Shown here: in pieces, positions 24,305 through 36,935 of the stretch
How the letters are laid out: every line of letters begins with the position of its first letter
Position numbering within the stretch: the stretch's first letter is position 1
Notes under the pieces: model-generated
Told to the model about the DNA's origin: nothing
Databases searched by the model: none
The model's input: only the letters and a program-made list of their open reading frames with translations
Position numbers and translations under genes: made by a program
Assembly (NCBI RefSeq): GCF_038025025.1
Contig: NW_027117340.1
Span: 2,232,001 to 2,296,000, forward strand
Length of the DNA: 64,000 nucleotides
Source of the DNA: Phyllosticta citribraziliensis
Taxonomy: Eukaryota
Reading direction: 5' to 3'

Positions 24305-27300
24305 TCCCCAGATGCAAATGCCATCAACCACCACGGCTGTGCTGTCGCTCTTCATCAACCGCCCTCATCTACTCCACTCCGCTAGATCAAGTAGGTAGCT
24401 CTCGCAAACTAGCAGCTGCCGTCCCGTCGCCCATTCTCGTGTCTTCTCGCCCGGCGTCGTCAGCTCCACGAGAACGTCACTCGCCAGGGACGCCATCAAT
24501 GCATCCGTCTTTGCACCGTCTGCTCGTGCCTCCGCTCCGGGCCTGTACATGGCCAGTGTTGGCCTACTTTAGCCGCCTCCATGCGGGAGCTGGCTCGCTT
24601 GCATTGCGTTTGTTGCATGCTCCCGGCCACATCGTCGATGCATCATTTGCTGCCAAAGACCACCGCGCGCCCCCGAAGCCCTCCGAATCCGCATCTCCTT
24701 GCCAGAAGAAGCTGGAGTCGTCGCCGAGGCCCCCAGGAAAATCCTCTCGTTCCTGCACCTGCATGACGACGACCATCGCTTGGCTACATCACCTGATGGT
24801 CCTACTTGTCCACCTACCGTGGCTATCCTCCTCGCCTATGTGCAGACCCACTACAAACACGACCTCGATGGCTTTTTCTGCGTCAAGCATTTCACCTCTG
24901 TTTCAATCTGCTCGACCCGTGGCTTTGCAGAGAGCGTCGTTTGATCCCCTAGCCGGCTGACACGCGAATTGCGACGGAACATTTTTGGCCGTTGGCTGCA
25001 CTGCAATATGTCGCATGCCGACATTGCTTTTGCTCCTTCTCTCATGCAGGGAAGGCGAGTCACCCCAGGAACGGTTCCGAGCACGATAAACCTCCAGCCT
25101 TGGCACCACCACCACCCACTCCATCACCATCACCATCACCAAATCCTCAAGGGCATCAAAACATGACATGTCCATTTTTGCCGTGCCATTTCCATCGTCG
25201 CCGCCGTCTGTCGCCATCGGGCCACGCCGCTGCTAGACCAAGCCATCAGCCAGACTAGCCGTTGACGCCCAAACCCTCAACCGCCACTTGCAACGCCCTC
25301 GTTCCTACGTAGCTTGCCCCTTATTTTTAGCCGTCATCCCCTCTGGCTCGCCATGGCTGCCCGCTGTCCAGAGTCCCAGCCTCACGAATTTGCCAGACTG
25401 CCCAAACCCGCTAACCACGACCAGTCCGCAAACGGTCGGGGCATCCACGGTTTGCCATCATCGTCTCAAACAGCAGCCAGTCTCTCTGCTTGTAAGCAGC
25501 AGAAAGCTAAATCGTTTCCTAGATGCAGGCTGCTCATTTCTATTTTCGGCGCATCTGTCCACCTGCTGCTACAACCTCGTCTCTTGTCAGTTGTTTGCAG
25601 TCGGCCTGCGAATGCTGCCGTGAACCAGGTCTGCCGGGCGCCCGAATCGCCATGCTAGCGTACCTGACTTCTGCGTCGTCCCGCCTTGCAGCAAAGTGTC
25701 CGAGTCGACAGCGTCCTGACAGCTTGACCGCTACTGCGTCGTTCCCTCGCCTAATGCATCGTGGCGCAATAGCGGGCGTTGACGACATGGCGACTTTTCG
25801 CCTCTGCAGCAAACGGCGGCCAGCCATTGCAATTCCACCTTCTGCCTGCGCCAAAGAGACGAACAAAGCCAAATCTCCACCGTCGCTGTCAAAAATCGAC
25901 ATCACCACGCCGCCGTATCGACTTGTCTCTTCTCATTTGGCGCTCCGTCGTTACTCTCTCTTTGTTCCTCTCTTCCTTCAGGCTTCCACATTCATCCTCC
26001 CGGTGCTGTCTCCGTCTCCCTATCACACCTGGGCAATCAAGTCCCGCGCGCTCGGCGGGCGTTGGGCGTGCCGCCTCCACTGCTGATCTCGCAGCTCTTG
26101 CCTTCGTTTGTCCTCCATCTTTGGCGTTCCGAGCTTTCAGAGAACATCATTACCCACGGCGACAAAAAGCCCCGTCCCTCCATCGTAGGAGTAGTCCGGC
26201 TTTGGTCCGCCTTAAATCCCCCAAAAGACCCTTCCCCATCCACGTCCCATATTTTATTCTGTCCGTGGCTTCGGCCAAAAGGCGATCACCCACCTTCGCC
26301 TCGTGCCTCACCGCCCTTTTGACGACTCGTTGCCTCCAGCTCGGTGGTTCGGCGCAGGCAACCTATACACGTGTGTCCGCCTTGGGAAGCCCTGCACGCC
26401 ACGACATCCACAACATCACTCCTCCTCCACTACTTGCCCATAAACCTACCCTCTCCATTACCCCATCTACCCACTCCCACACGTCGAGCCCTCTTCTTTT
26501 AGTCCACCCAGCTAGGCCCCTAGCTCCCCAGCCCCCCTCCTCTCCATCTTGGCTCTTGGCTTGGGTCTACGTCGTCGACGTCGCCGTCTCGTCCTCTTTC
26601 CCACCACCACCAGCGCAGTGCTTACGCGAATTGGCTTTGCGCGGCCTGCCCCCGCTGCCGCAGCCGCCGTCTCGTGTGTACCCGGTTTGGCCTTGTCGCC
26701 TTCTTGACGTCAGGCACGCTTGTCACTTCGACGCGGACAGGCGGGTGAGAGGCTTGTGTGCGTTGAGGGAATCAATGCCGTTTCAGCGCCGCCGCGACGG
26801 AGCGTGAAACGTGGGGCGCTGGCTGCTTGCTTGCTTGGACTATGCTGTAGGAAGACGTGGTGATGAGCATGTTGGGTACGAACTTGAACAGTAAGTGAGG
26901 GGGCTGGGGAGGGAAGGGAGGGAAAGGGAATAGAAATGTGGTGGTTGGTCGTTGGTGATGAAGCCAGTAGGAGCAGAATGTTTGGAGTTAGAGCTGCACA
27001 TCAGCTGTCACTTACTCCATGTCCTCTTCAAAGACTGTTCCCTTTCGCAATGTCGCGTCTCTTGCCGACTGCGGTATGAAAGATTGGCTTTGCGAAAAGA
27101 GACATTCAGACCCGTCGCTCACACTAGACTCCACCATCATGAGCCTGCCAATGAACCCACACAGACAACGAGATTGGCTGTAGGAGAAGAGGTTTGCTGG
27201 TAAGGGGTGATTTGGGTCGGGCTTACCTTCGATCAGGAAGAAGCGGAAAAGAGGTGTACGCGCGCCTGTGAAAGCCATTCAGAAGAAACACGTCCGGTCT

Positions 27301-30300
27301 GAAGAGTAAGACAACAAAGACGAAGCACGACCATGCTATGTACCTAAACTCGACAACGACATGCAGGCATTCCACACGTCGGTACACATCTCTCGACTTG
27401 CTCTGTCGTCTTGTCTTGCAGCAGAGAGCCTTCCCTGATCCAACACCAACGAAGAAGAAGAAGACGACGAACGAGGTGGCAACATCAATGGCGACGATGT
27501 CGATATCAAGCGTCGAGAAGTCGTTCAAAGACGAAGCACCTCCCACCATCCACCCCCGACATGTCTGACCCCGTCTGCTGCCACGGGCAACAGCACAAAC
27601 CACAGGCCAGACCGCCGCCAAAAAAGAAACAGACTACAAGCCACAGCGGGCACCGAACAAACCATCAACCTCCTCCACGCCAAACGCGCAAATTCGATGA
27701 GCGGTAGATGGGGAATCTCATCGTCGTCACGCTCCCTGCCTCTGCTGCATGCTGTAGATGCATACGAGCTAGCCGCCCGAACAGCGTAAATTGCGGCGAT
27801 GGAGACGAGGATGCGTTGTCTTTGGCTCCCTGCCTGCCTGCCTGTCTCGCACCTCGGTCGTAAGGGCGAGCATGCAAGGTGCGAATAATGGCAAACAGAG
27901 GAAAAATAGATGGGCACCGCGGGACGGGACAAAGATAGGGATAGAGATAGACACAGGGAGGGGAGGCATGGCCGATGCGGCGTGCGGTCAGGGGGGGGGA
28001 AGGAAGGAAGGAAGGAAGACAGGAAAGAGGAGAGTGCGAACAAGGGTCGAGATCAAGGTCAAGGTCAGGGTTTGCAAAGAGAACGAGATGCCGAAAGAGG
28101 GAGAGCGATTTAAAGAAAGGAAAACAAAAAAAGAAAAAAGAAAAAGAAAAAGCAGACGAACAAGAAAAAGGGGAGATTGCATGAAATTTCCCCTGCGCGG
28201 GAAGAAGCGTGACAGGGGAGGTGGCTGTAGGCTAATAGGCGCATAAACGGACAGGCGGATCAGCTGCTATTAGAAAGCTATTAGGAAGATGGGGACTTGC
28301 GGGTGGGTAGGGATGGTGACGACATTTGCGTCATTCACACATCTTGATGCTGTCTTCCCCCTTGGTTGGGTTTGTTGGTATCTGCTTTGCTTGGCCGACT
28401 GTGCGGAGTTGCGGCGCCGGGAATGAAGCATGAGCAAGATACGAGATCTGTTCGTTTCGCAGGTTGGTGTGCTCGTTCGCGTTGGGAGAACGAGCGGTTT
28501 GTTTGCTTGCGGCGAGGCGGGCGGATGGGAGGAAGGGATGGTCGATGCTGTCAATGGGACTGGAGCTCCTGACACTGTGGGTACTGTAGACATTGCTGTG
28601 AGGATCAAGACCACACGGCGCAAGTCAACAGATTGGGACTGCGGCTCTTCACCTCAATCTCTCCAGTCGCCGTCCAGCTGGAGAGCGATCTGACCAGCCA
28701 GCCTCACAGGGCTGAAGAAGACTACCGTCGTGATGGAATGTCGCTCTGTGCAATGCAGGGTCCAAAGAGCCGTTGCGAGCTCCTCCAAGTCATGGACAAG
28801 CCGCATCGATCCTCGCACTCACACGACGCTCTCTCCACCGGCAACCAACCGCTCGCAATTCCAACAACCCCTCCTCGTCACCTCATTACCGCGCTCCTGG
28901 AGGATGGACAGCAACTCCCTCCAACCCGCCATGCCTGTCCCAGCACACGGACACGGACAAAAAAGATCTCGCTCACTTCCATCCGGCGGGACCAGGATAC
29001 CCCCCGTCTCCACCTATCGGTTAGGAGCAAAAAACACACCTCAAGGCACGGCGCGTCTGAAACAACAAGGAATCTAATCTTTTCTCCGCCGCTCTTGTGA
29101 AGACAGACGGCTTGCTCGAATCATGCGTGCCCCTGGCAGTGATCGACCCACACGCTCGCAGCGATGGACCCAGGGCGAGGGACGTGCGTGCGTGTGTGGG
29201 AATGGTTGAGGTGATTTTGAAAAATGTCTCGCGATGACAGTGCTTGTTGGAGAGAGATGCGTGAGATTGGGGCGCCCGTCAGTGAGATGCCGCGGTACGG
29301 AGCGGGTGTTGAAGTGAGTCCGAAGATACATGTCTATGCCGAGGGGGTGGCTGATCGTATGAGTATGGCGGACAAGTGATACTATGATGAATGAATCCCC
29401 GCGGTATCTGCCCTGGTGCACTCATTCTACCCATTGACTGTCATTGAAGCGTAATGAGGCGGGCATGATTTGGTGGCTGTTGAGCTTGATCGCTTGCTTG
29501 GCCGTTTACAGCGTCGTTGCCAACGTCTTCGTTGTGAATCCGTCGCATCAGGAATCCGCGAAAAAGTGGTCGTCACGGAGATGGCTGTTGGTCGCGCTCA
29601 GCATGTCCTCCCTGTCGTCGTGCGCTCTACTTACAACGTCTCCATCGCGTGTGTCCGGCAGTATACTGCCGTACTCGTGTTCTCTCAGTAATCTGCGCGT
29701 CCCTATCTTCAATCACCCCTATTCAGCCAACCCAAACAAGAGGCTCCGCTCCGCAAGACCCTTCATTTCGCAAACTCCCGCTGCGAAGCAGGGATGTAGC
29801 TGCTGGGGTGAGACTGGGATGTGGTGGTCGCCAGGAACAGCCGAGGAGAGGAACGAGCCAGGGCAGGCAGGCTTGGCCATCGGGTAGACAGGGGCCCCTC
29901 TCGACCGGACGATTGAGAGTTTGGCATGACGGAAATGAGATTGAGAGCAATGGCCACAGCCCGTCGGTCGGTCGGCCGGTCGGCCGTGGCTCCACGCGGC
30001 TGCACAGGCCAAAGTCTGTTTGGACTGCAGATGGACGGAAGAGGATTCCTGCCTGTTGGCCTGCAGCGGGTGGCGCTGGGACTGGCAGATAGGGTTTTCG
30101 CGGGGTTGCTTGGCTCGCGGTTCTCTTGGAAGACATGATGTTGTTGCTGGAACTGCGGATGCGCGGGAGATTGCTGCAGACGCGTACGAATGCCTCGCGA
30201 TTGGGGATGCTCGTCGGTCGACATGGCAATTTTGGCAGTGTGAAATAAGGACTCGTATACCAGTGAAGAGAATGAGGGGGTAGAAAGTAGAGGACGTCTT

Positions 30301-31086
30301 GACGCGCTTGTTGGGTCTTGGCTTGAGAGCATGATAAGGCTTGTCATTGGCTATCGGACACTGGAGCAAGCACACGTAAGGCTTAACAAGTAGTCTTTCG
30401 ACTCCTTTTGCCTTTCCCGAGTATCCGAATACCATGTGACGAAAAGACAAAGGTCGCGTGTGCTGGTGTATCCTTCCGAAATGAATCGCAAAGCGACGAA
30501 AGCAAAGTTAACCGCAAGCATTCAAAGCGGTCGGCAGGAAGAGTACTGCCCTTGAGAAGGAACGACTTTGAATACAGGTACTCGTAGAGAGTAGCAATGA
30601 GAATGCAAAAAGGAATTGCTGCTTGTTGAAAGCATAAGACAAAAGGGAAGTTTTTTTCACGAAAAAATAGACCCGCCAGCCGGTACTGACAATCCATGAA
30701 TCAAGTAAAAGCTACCTCACTGGCGGTAGCAGAGCTCACCTCCCCCTATTCACAATCCATCAAGGTTTTCCACACCTTCTGAGCTTGGCATATTTTTCAT
30801 TGCCCGGTTGTCCTATCGATAATATCTATACTGAAGCTTCTGCGGCTTTTAGACTCCAGTTGAGATTAGTGCCTGGTATGATAGTCGATGAACGAACAGG
30901 CTGTTGGGAAGGCCATGTCATGTACCAGATTTGAATTCGGAGCACTGACATGTCAATCAAAGAGCGATGGCTCTAGCAGCAGCGCGTCATGCTCTTCAAA
31001 GTCTTGGCCTGAATCGCAAGACGATGGGAAAATCCTGATCCTGCACAGGGTGCAGTTTGTGTGAGAAACCAAGTCCGGGGTCTCGT

Positions 31087-31935
31087 TCAATCACCCTGTC
31101 TGCCCCTTTGCTTTGTGCTTGGGCAATCGGATTTGATGTGGCCTCTTTTACCACAGCCAAAGCACTCGACGCTATTGTTGGCGCCGCGCTGATTGTTCGC
31201 GCCTCCCGAAATGCTCCTCAGTCTATTCAGGTTGACCTCCTTCTTCTTGCGGCCCGCTGCAAACTGTGCCATCTTTGCCGCCTCTGCTTCTTTTTTCTCC
31301 TTGCGCTTTGCGCGCGCCGCTTCCTTCCGCTGCTCACGGATCATGGCCGCGGTGGGATCCTCGTCCTCGTCCGCCTCCGAGCTATCAGATTCACTGTCGC
31401 TACCGCTGTCATTGTCCGGGGCCGGTGGGGGAGGCTTTTTGCCAAAGGTCATCCGCCCCACCTGAGGAACATCGTCCTCATCATCTTCGTCATCATCGTC
31501 ATTGGCGTTGTCCAGATCGGCGTAGCCGGCGCTGACTACGTTCAACGAGCCCTTTCGGCGTGACTCCTTTTCCGGCTCCATGAATGAAAGGACCCATCTG
31601 GTTTCACCAGCTTCAGCAGCCTGGCGCTCCATGGCGGCGGCGCGCTTGGCCTCTTCAGCGGCGATGGCTGCTTGAACTGCCTCATAGTCGGTGGGAGTCG
31701 CCGGGGAAGATGCGGCAGAGGTGCGCTGGCGCTTTGTAGGAGGACCAGAGGGCGTAGATGGTGACTTGGGCGTAGTGTTATGAGAGGCGGCTGCGCGTTG
31801 CATAAACTGTCATTCATTGCGAAACATCAACACAAAGCCATAAAAAATTGAAGTGGACCTCTTGATTACTTTCATAGACAGGAGCCGGTTCGAGGGCCCT
31901 GAGACCTTGGAAGAGCGGCCATTGGGAGTCGTCAT
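31087..31935 (-). CDS. Mpp6-like protein with C-terminal CCHC zinc knuckle
   Basis: Exon 31935-31870 (..SNRLLSMK) splices through intron 31869-31807 to FMQRAAAS, giving the SxRLLxMKFMQR motif of the MPP6 family. A GRMTFG motif and the knuckle CFGCGKRGHIKSDC follow. Confidence 0.8.
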
Positions 31936-32261
31936 GGCGCTCGGTGGGTGAAGAAGAGGGTGATGTCAGTGTCAGGTGGAAAGGTCTGGCGTGAGAAAGG
32001 CGTCGTCGTGTTTGGCGGTGGTCCACAAAAAATGAGGAGGTTGTGGAGTTGGGCGGTGGCGGCCGTGAGCGTGACCGCCAATCGTTGCAGACATGGCAGG
32101 AAGGAGCGGCCATCACTTACGCACTGACGAGCTCGGGCCTCTCTCCTCCACGCTCAGCCAACATCAGTCCACATCTCGCGGGGAAACGCTCCTACACTGT
32201 TAAAGCTCCCATCAACCGCGACGAGCTCACCACTCAAGTCTCATCGATTTCAAATTTCACA

Positions 32262-33094
32262 ATGCTCAGACAAGCACCTCTTCGTCTCAGGGCTTCCATT
32301 GCCCCTGCCTCGCGCACCTTCGCCCGCGCTGTCTCCAACAACTCTCAAGTCCCCCCGACCGGCACCGTCCCCGCAAATGACCCGAACCCCAAAGACGGCG
32401 TCCAGAATGTCTCCTCGACCAATGCCACCCCAACTTCTTCAATGGGAGCAACCGGCGAGACGCTCGTAGAGAGCGTCGAGCAGGCTGAAGAGCTCCGCAC
32501 TCAGCAAGCTCCCAACAGGAAGGGCATCTGGAGTAGGAGCCAGCAGCCGAGGGAGCGCGCCATGGCTGGTCCGAGATTCGAACAGACCATCATGGCTGAT
32601 CAGGTATGTCGACAATGGCTGTTCTCGAGCTTCCTATCACGACGACAAGCTCGTCAGAGTGAATGGGGCGCCGGCATTCTGAATAAAGCTAACCTCGACT
32701 TAGCCACGCCCCCATGCTGCCATCGACCTCATCCACAAGCAACCCGTTCGATGGGTAAGCCAACGCCAGGTCTCCTGTGACGGCGGCGGTGGACCTCTCG
32801 GACACCCCAGGATCTTCATCAACGTGGACAAGCCCAAGATTTGCTGGTGCACTTACTGCGGTCTGCCTTTCGTAAGCGTCCCTGTTCACTCCTTGGGGCC
32901 GGAAATTCGATTCCGAGACCTCATTCGATTCTTGTGACATTGGTATGCTAACAACTCGATTCCAGGCCCACGAGCACCACAGGCAGCACATCGAGTCCCA
33001 GCCATCCACTTCCTATCCCTTGGAGGCTACCGGCCAGCCTGGAGAAGTCGAGCCCAGCCAGAGCATCACAAACAAGCCGTTAGAGCAACGGTAA
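32262..33094 (+). CDS. NDUFS6: NADH:ubiquinone oxidoreductase zinc-binding accessory subunit (NDUFS6/NUMM)
   Basis: Exons 32262-32603, 32704-32871, 32966-33094. Arg-rich mitochondrial presequence; zf-CHCC motif [30 protein letters not shown]. Confidence 0.94.
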
Positions 33095-33583
33095 GCGCGA
33101 TTATTTAGAGATGGGGCCGTGAACCAGGCTTTCAGTTTTCGTTCGTGTTTTGTGCTCATTTTTCTTCCCAATGACAGAATTAAAGAAGCGTTGCTCCAAT
33201 CCTCCAAGCGAAGAATCAGGTCGCGAATTGGGTCGCAAATGGCAATGTTGGTGGGAGCGATCTGAGTTTCATGAACCACTGAGTTTTGCCTGGCGTTCGA
33301 GGAGCATGGTCATTGAAGCGGAGCAGTCACTTTTTTGTTTTTCTTCACGAACTTCTAGACGCCTTACGGATGCGTTGGCTTTGTCATTTGTACTTCTGGT
33401 TACCCCAGATCTACGCCCAGTCTGCCACGGCTCGCTGCCGTTGAGGCAGATCCACTGTCCAGCTCAACGTCTCATACAATAGAAGCTGCATCAGCCATTC
33501 CAAAGGAATCCATTGAAGCGTGGAGCCGTGAGTTGTCTTGGATGTGGTAATTCTACCGCACCATGTCCCCGTCATATCTCTGT

Positions 33584-34394
33584 TCATGACTTTTCGCCCT
33601 GGATGGTTGCCACCACTTTCCTGGTGTGCTTGTAGGCGCGAAACTCGAGATACCAGATACCTTGCCATGTGCCTGTAGCAAGCTTGCCGTCCTTGATCGG
33701 GATTGTGACGCTAGCGCCCACAAGTGCCGACTTGATGTGAGCCTATTAAAGCAGATCAGTGAATGGAACAACCTCAACCAAAACTTTTTCTCGTCCCCCA
33801 GGGACTCTTCAATCTCACGCCCTCCAACTCCGGCGCGCCCGGATCCTAAGGCAAGAATCCACGTACCGGCATGTCATCCAGGCCCTCAGCGCTGTGCCTG
33901 TACAAATTGCCCTTTGTGTCCTCGGGGGCCACGCGGTCGAGGGCATCGGTCATGTCGTCGCGGACATCCTCGTCCCAGTTCTCGTTGAGGCTGAGGGCGC
34001 ACGACGTGTGCTGGACGAAGAGGTTGAGCAGGCCGACCTTGTAGTTGCGGATCTCGGGGACGCTCTGCAGGACGTGGTCGGTGACGAGGTAGGAGCCCTT
34101 GGACTTGGAGGGCAGCGTGAAGGTCTTTTGCGTCCACGACATGGTGGGCGGCGGCGGCGCGGAGGCGGAGGGGGGTGTGGTGATGCTGGCTGGGGAGAAA
34201 AGTTGTGCGGCCGGAAAGCAGTGGGCGGCGGGGCAGCAGTCGCAGGTCGGGAGGTTCGGCGCCAATTGCTTGCTGGAGAAGAGGGGCGCAAATGGCAGGG
34301 AGAGGATGGTGATGAAGAGATTGGGGAAGAAGGCGAGGATCAGGACGAGCAGGAAAAGGACTGAAGTCGAAGCTGTCGCGGTGGGTAGCGGCAT
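33584..34394 (-). CDS. YjbQ/UPF0047 family protein; core start at 34142, in-frame upstream ATG at 34394
   Basis: MSWTQKTFTL..GLLNLFVQHTSCALSLNENWDEDVRDDM..HSAEGLDDMP, then intron 33866-33743, then AHIKSALVGASVTIPIKDGKLATGTWQGIWYLEFR. Confidence 0.92.
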
Positions 34395-35000
34395 GGTGGT
34401 CGGCGGCGAGGCGGCGACGTCATTGGGTGCCAGCGGCCAAGACACCTAACCTCTCGGAAGAGGCGCTTGGACCGCACTGCTTATTTATACACGTCCTGTC
34501 AACGGTCCAGTTCTGGTTGTCACGACAAGCCCCAATCGATTGTTGTGTTTTTGTTCGCAACTCCTCCAGCCCCATCTGTACCGCAAGATTGAATCGTATC
34601 CAAAGAAAACCACGTCAAGTTGATCCGCCGGAGCCCGGAGCCCATCCGTAAACCAAAACCAAAAGCAGAAGGAAATTTTTTCGGATGACCTTGATCCAAT
34701 CCGTCGAAATGCAAGAAGGATGAAAAGCAAATTTTTGAAAGAATCGCGAGCCGTGGTGCTGGCGAATGATAACGGCTGGGCTGTGCCAATTGGGTCGAGG
34801 CTGGGCAACGCGCTGAGCCAGTGATCCGAGAAACTCACGTCTTGACTGAAAAGCCGAGACTGCGAGTAGATTTTTGTTGCCTTGTCAAGGCTGGTCTGAA
34901 GAGCTTGGAGACAAAATCGTCAAGCCTGTCGAAAGTGAAGTTGACCTTTGCTTTCGTCAGCATTTGCTTCATCAGACGGATCAAAACACGCACCTCGGCA

Positions 35001-35935
35001 TCACTCTTCACTGCGAGCGCGCACAAAGTAGAGGTTGCCGTGGCGCTGGTCAACGCGCCATTCGCCCGGGCGCAAGTTGTCTTCGATGAAAGCGTAAGGG
35101 CGGATGTATCTGGTGCCGTCGAGGTCTCTCACCCAGAACGACTGGTCAGGGCGAGGGTTGCGCGGCATGATCTCGTGGCGGCCGTTGGCACCGTCGCGCT
35201 CAGCAAGAACCTTGTTGTCGTCACGAACTTCTGCTTCGGTCCTGCCATACCAGACGTGCTGCTGGTTGCTCGGATTGTTGTAGACGACGCAGTCGTTCGG
35301 ATAGTAGTAGCCGTAGGGGTAGTCGAATGGGTAGAGCGGCTGGACGAACTCAGGTCGGCTGGGAGCGTACATCGGGACCAAGTGCTGGACACGCGCTTCA
35401 GCCAAACGCCTCAACCTCTCAATCTCGACAAGGTATCCGTCAATGGCGGGAGCTCTCTCGACAACACTGGCGCTGCGAGGGCGGTACTGGTGCTGATGAA
35501 GTCTGTTGTCATTGGGCTGAGGGTTGGGGCCAGACTGAGGGTTGGGGCCAGGCTGAGAGTTGACGATGCCAGTGCGACGGCGACGCGACTCCGACCTCTG
35601 CCAGGCATCGTAGTTGCTCTCGCCGAGACGCTCCATGATCTTTGCCGTCGGGTTGTGATGATGATGATGCGGTGATGGAGTGCGAAGGTCGGCGCGAGTT
35701 GGATTTATTTGTGGGTGGGTGGGTTGAAGATAGAGAGAGAGGGCAGGAGCCGGGGCAAAAGGCTCGAGACTGACAACGAATCACGAGACTGGCAACTCAC
35801 CGAGTATAGGCTGGACCACCAATGCACCCGCTTGCACTTCGACTTCTTCGACTGCTTCGCCTGCTTCGACCGCCTTCTCCTCAGTGAAGGCCTCGGCACC
35901 TCTTCGAACTCGTACTCGGTAAAGGGCCAGCACAT
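35001..35935 (-). CDS. Hypothetical protein (main ORF 35636-35001; possible first exon 35935-35801)
   Basis: 211-aa ORF with a globular-looking C-terminus (WYGRT..EV..DN..FWVRDLDG..PGEW..GNLYFVR). The upstream exon MCWPFTEYEFEE.. ends at a GTGAG donor and joins in frame only through an AAG acceptor at 35642-35640, which is uncertain. Confidence 0.68.
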
Positions 35936-36935
35936 GTTTGCTGGCTTGCGATGTTGAAGTGCTTGAGCAATGGTGGAGACAGTTGCTGAAAGGTGTTGAA
36001 GAGTGGGAGAGTATCTGAGGGCTGCCAAGTTGAACACTCTTCACCGACTCTGCGACCACAGCGTATTCACTCCGAATGTGTGTGCGAGAGCCTTGTTCAG
36101 GGGACCATACATTTAGGAGTGTGTCACCCTGTGATCTCTTGATGTTTGCTATTTTCTTTGCACCACAAACACAGACAAGCGTCGGTTGGCTCCAAGTGGA
36201 CACAAAGAAGGTGTCCTGGCATCTGCCACCAGCGCGGAGTGCCTGATTCGACCGGCACTTGACCGCTCAGACGATTCTTCTTCCCAGCTTGCCGATAGCC
36301 TCTGACGGTGCATCGTGTCGAGTATCCACCTTATTTCTTGGCTACATGGCATCAACATCTGGCCTCTATTGGAGAAGGTATTGATGTTTAAAGACCAAGC
36401 GGAATACCAATCTAAACTTGCCTGGCTTTCGTGCACTGATTCTTCACATAGCAATCAATCCGGTAGGAAAATTCTCGAAGAAGACATCCTTGATGAAACT
36501 TTGGTGGTTTTCGCGTGACACCCACCACTTTCGATATCGCGCAAAATTTGCCACAGGTGGAAAGGCCTGCGGTATGGTGAGCGCCTAGTTGCCATTTTGG
36601 CTTGGAGAATTCGAAGCCGTCGATTTCTTTTATCAGAAAGACAAAACACTTGTTACTCCCGGCGTGCCCGATGTCTATGTCAGATTGCTTGACATGCCTT
36701 ATTTCCTTTCATGTTCTGAAATTGAAAAAACGCCAACGACTCCAAGCCTTTCGCCTTTCGCCTTCCTGTGTAAGAGAGAGGGTCTCCAGTATCTTGCAAG
36801 ACTTCTCTCTCGCGTTATATCGATGCTCCCTTATCTACATATCTATGGTCAATCTATGCAATGCCGAAATGCTTGTCTCTACCCACGAACTTGCCCATTT
36901 TCCCGACCGTTGATGAAATCGTTTCAAAAACATCT

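Noticed and set aside
24007..26807. Long ORFs 24007-24960 (317 aa) and 25779-26807 (342 aa)
   Set aside because: Low-complexity S/P/R/L composition, passage through homopolymer or CT-rich tracts, no coding-type codon bias and no motifs.
26860..27140. Box C-like motifs (GTGATGA at 26860 and 26955; minus ATGATGG..CTGA near 27140-27106) as C/D snoRNAs
   Set aside because: No suitably spaced D box with a terminal stem, and the short rRNA-like matches fall on inconsistent strands.
26846..29100. Telomerase RNA hypothesis (donor plus branch point with distant AG, nearby pseudoknot)
   Set aside because: No TAACCCTAA-type template was seen on either strand by eye, and the pairing lacks the U-rich/A-rich triple-helix loops.
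29444..29887. 147-aa plus ORF with a hydrophobic N-terminus
   Set aside because: Non-ATG start in the track, no codon bias or motif, and the splice signals here are on the opposite strand.
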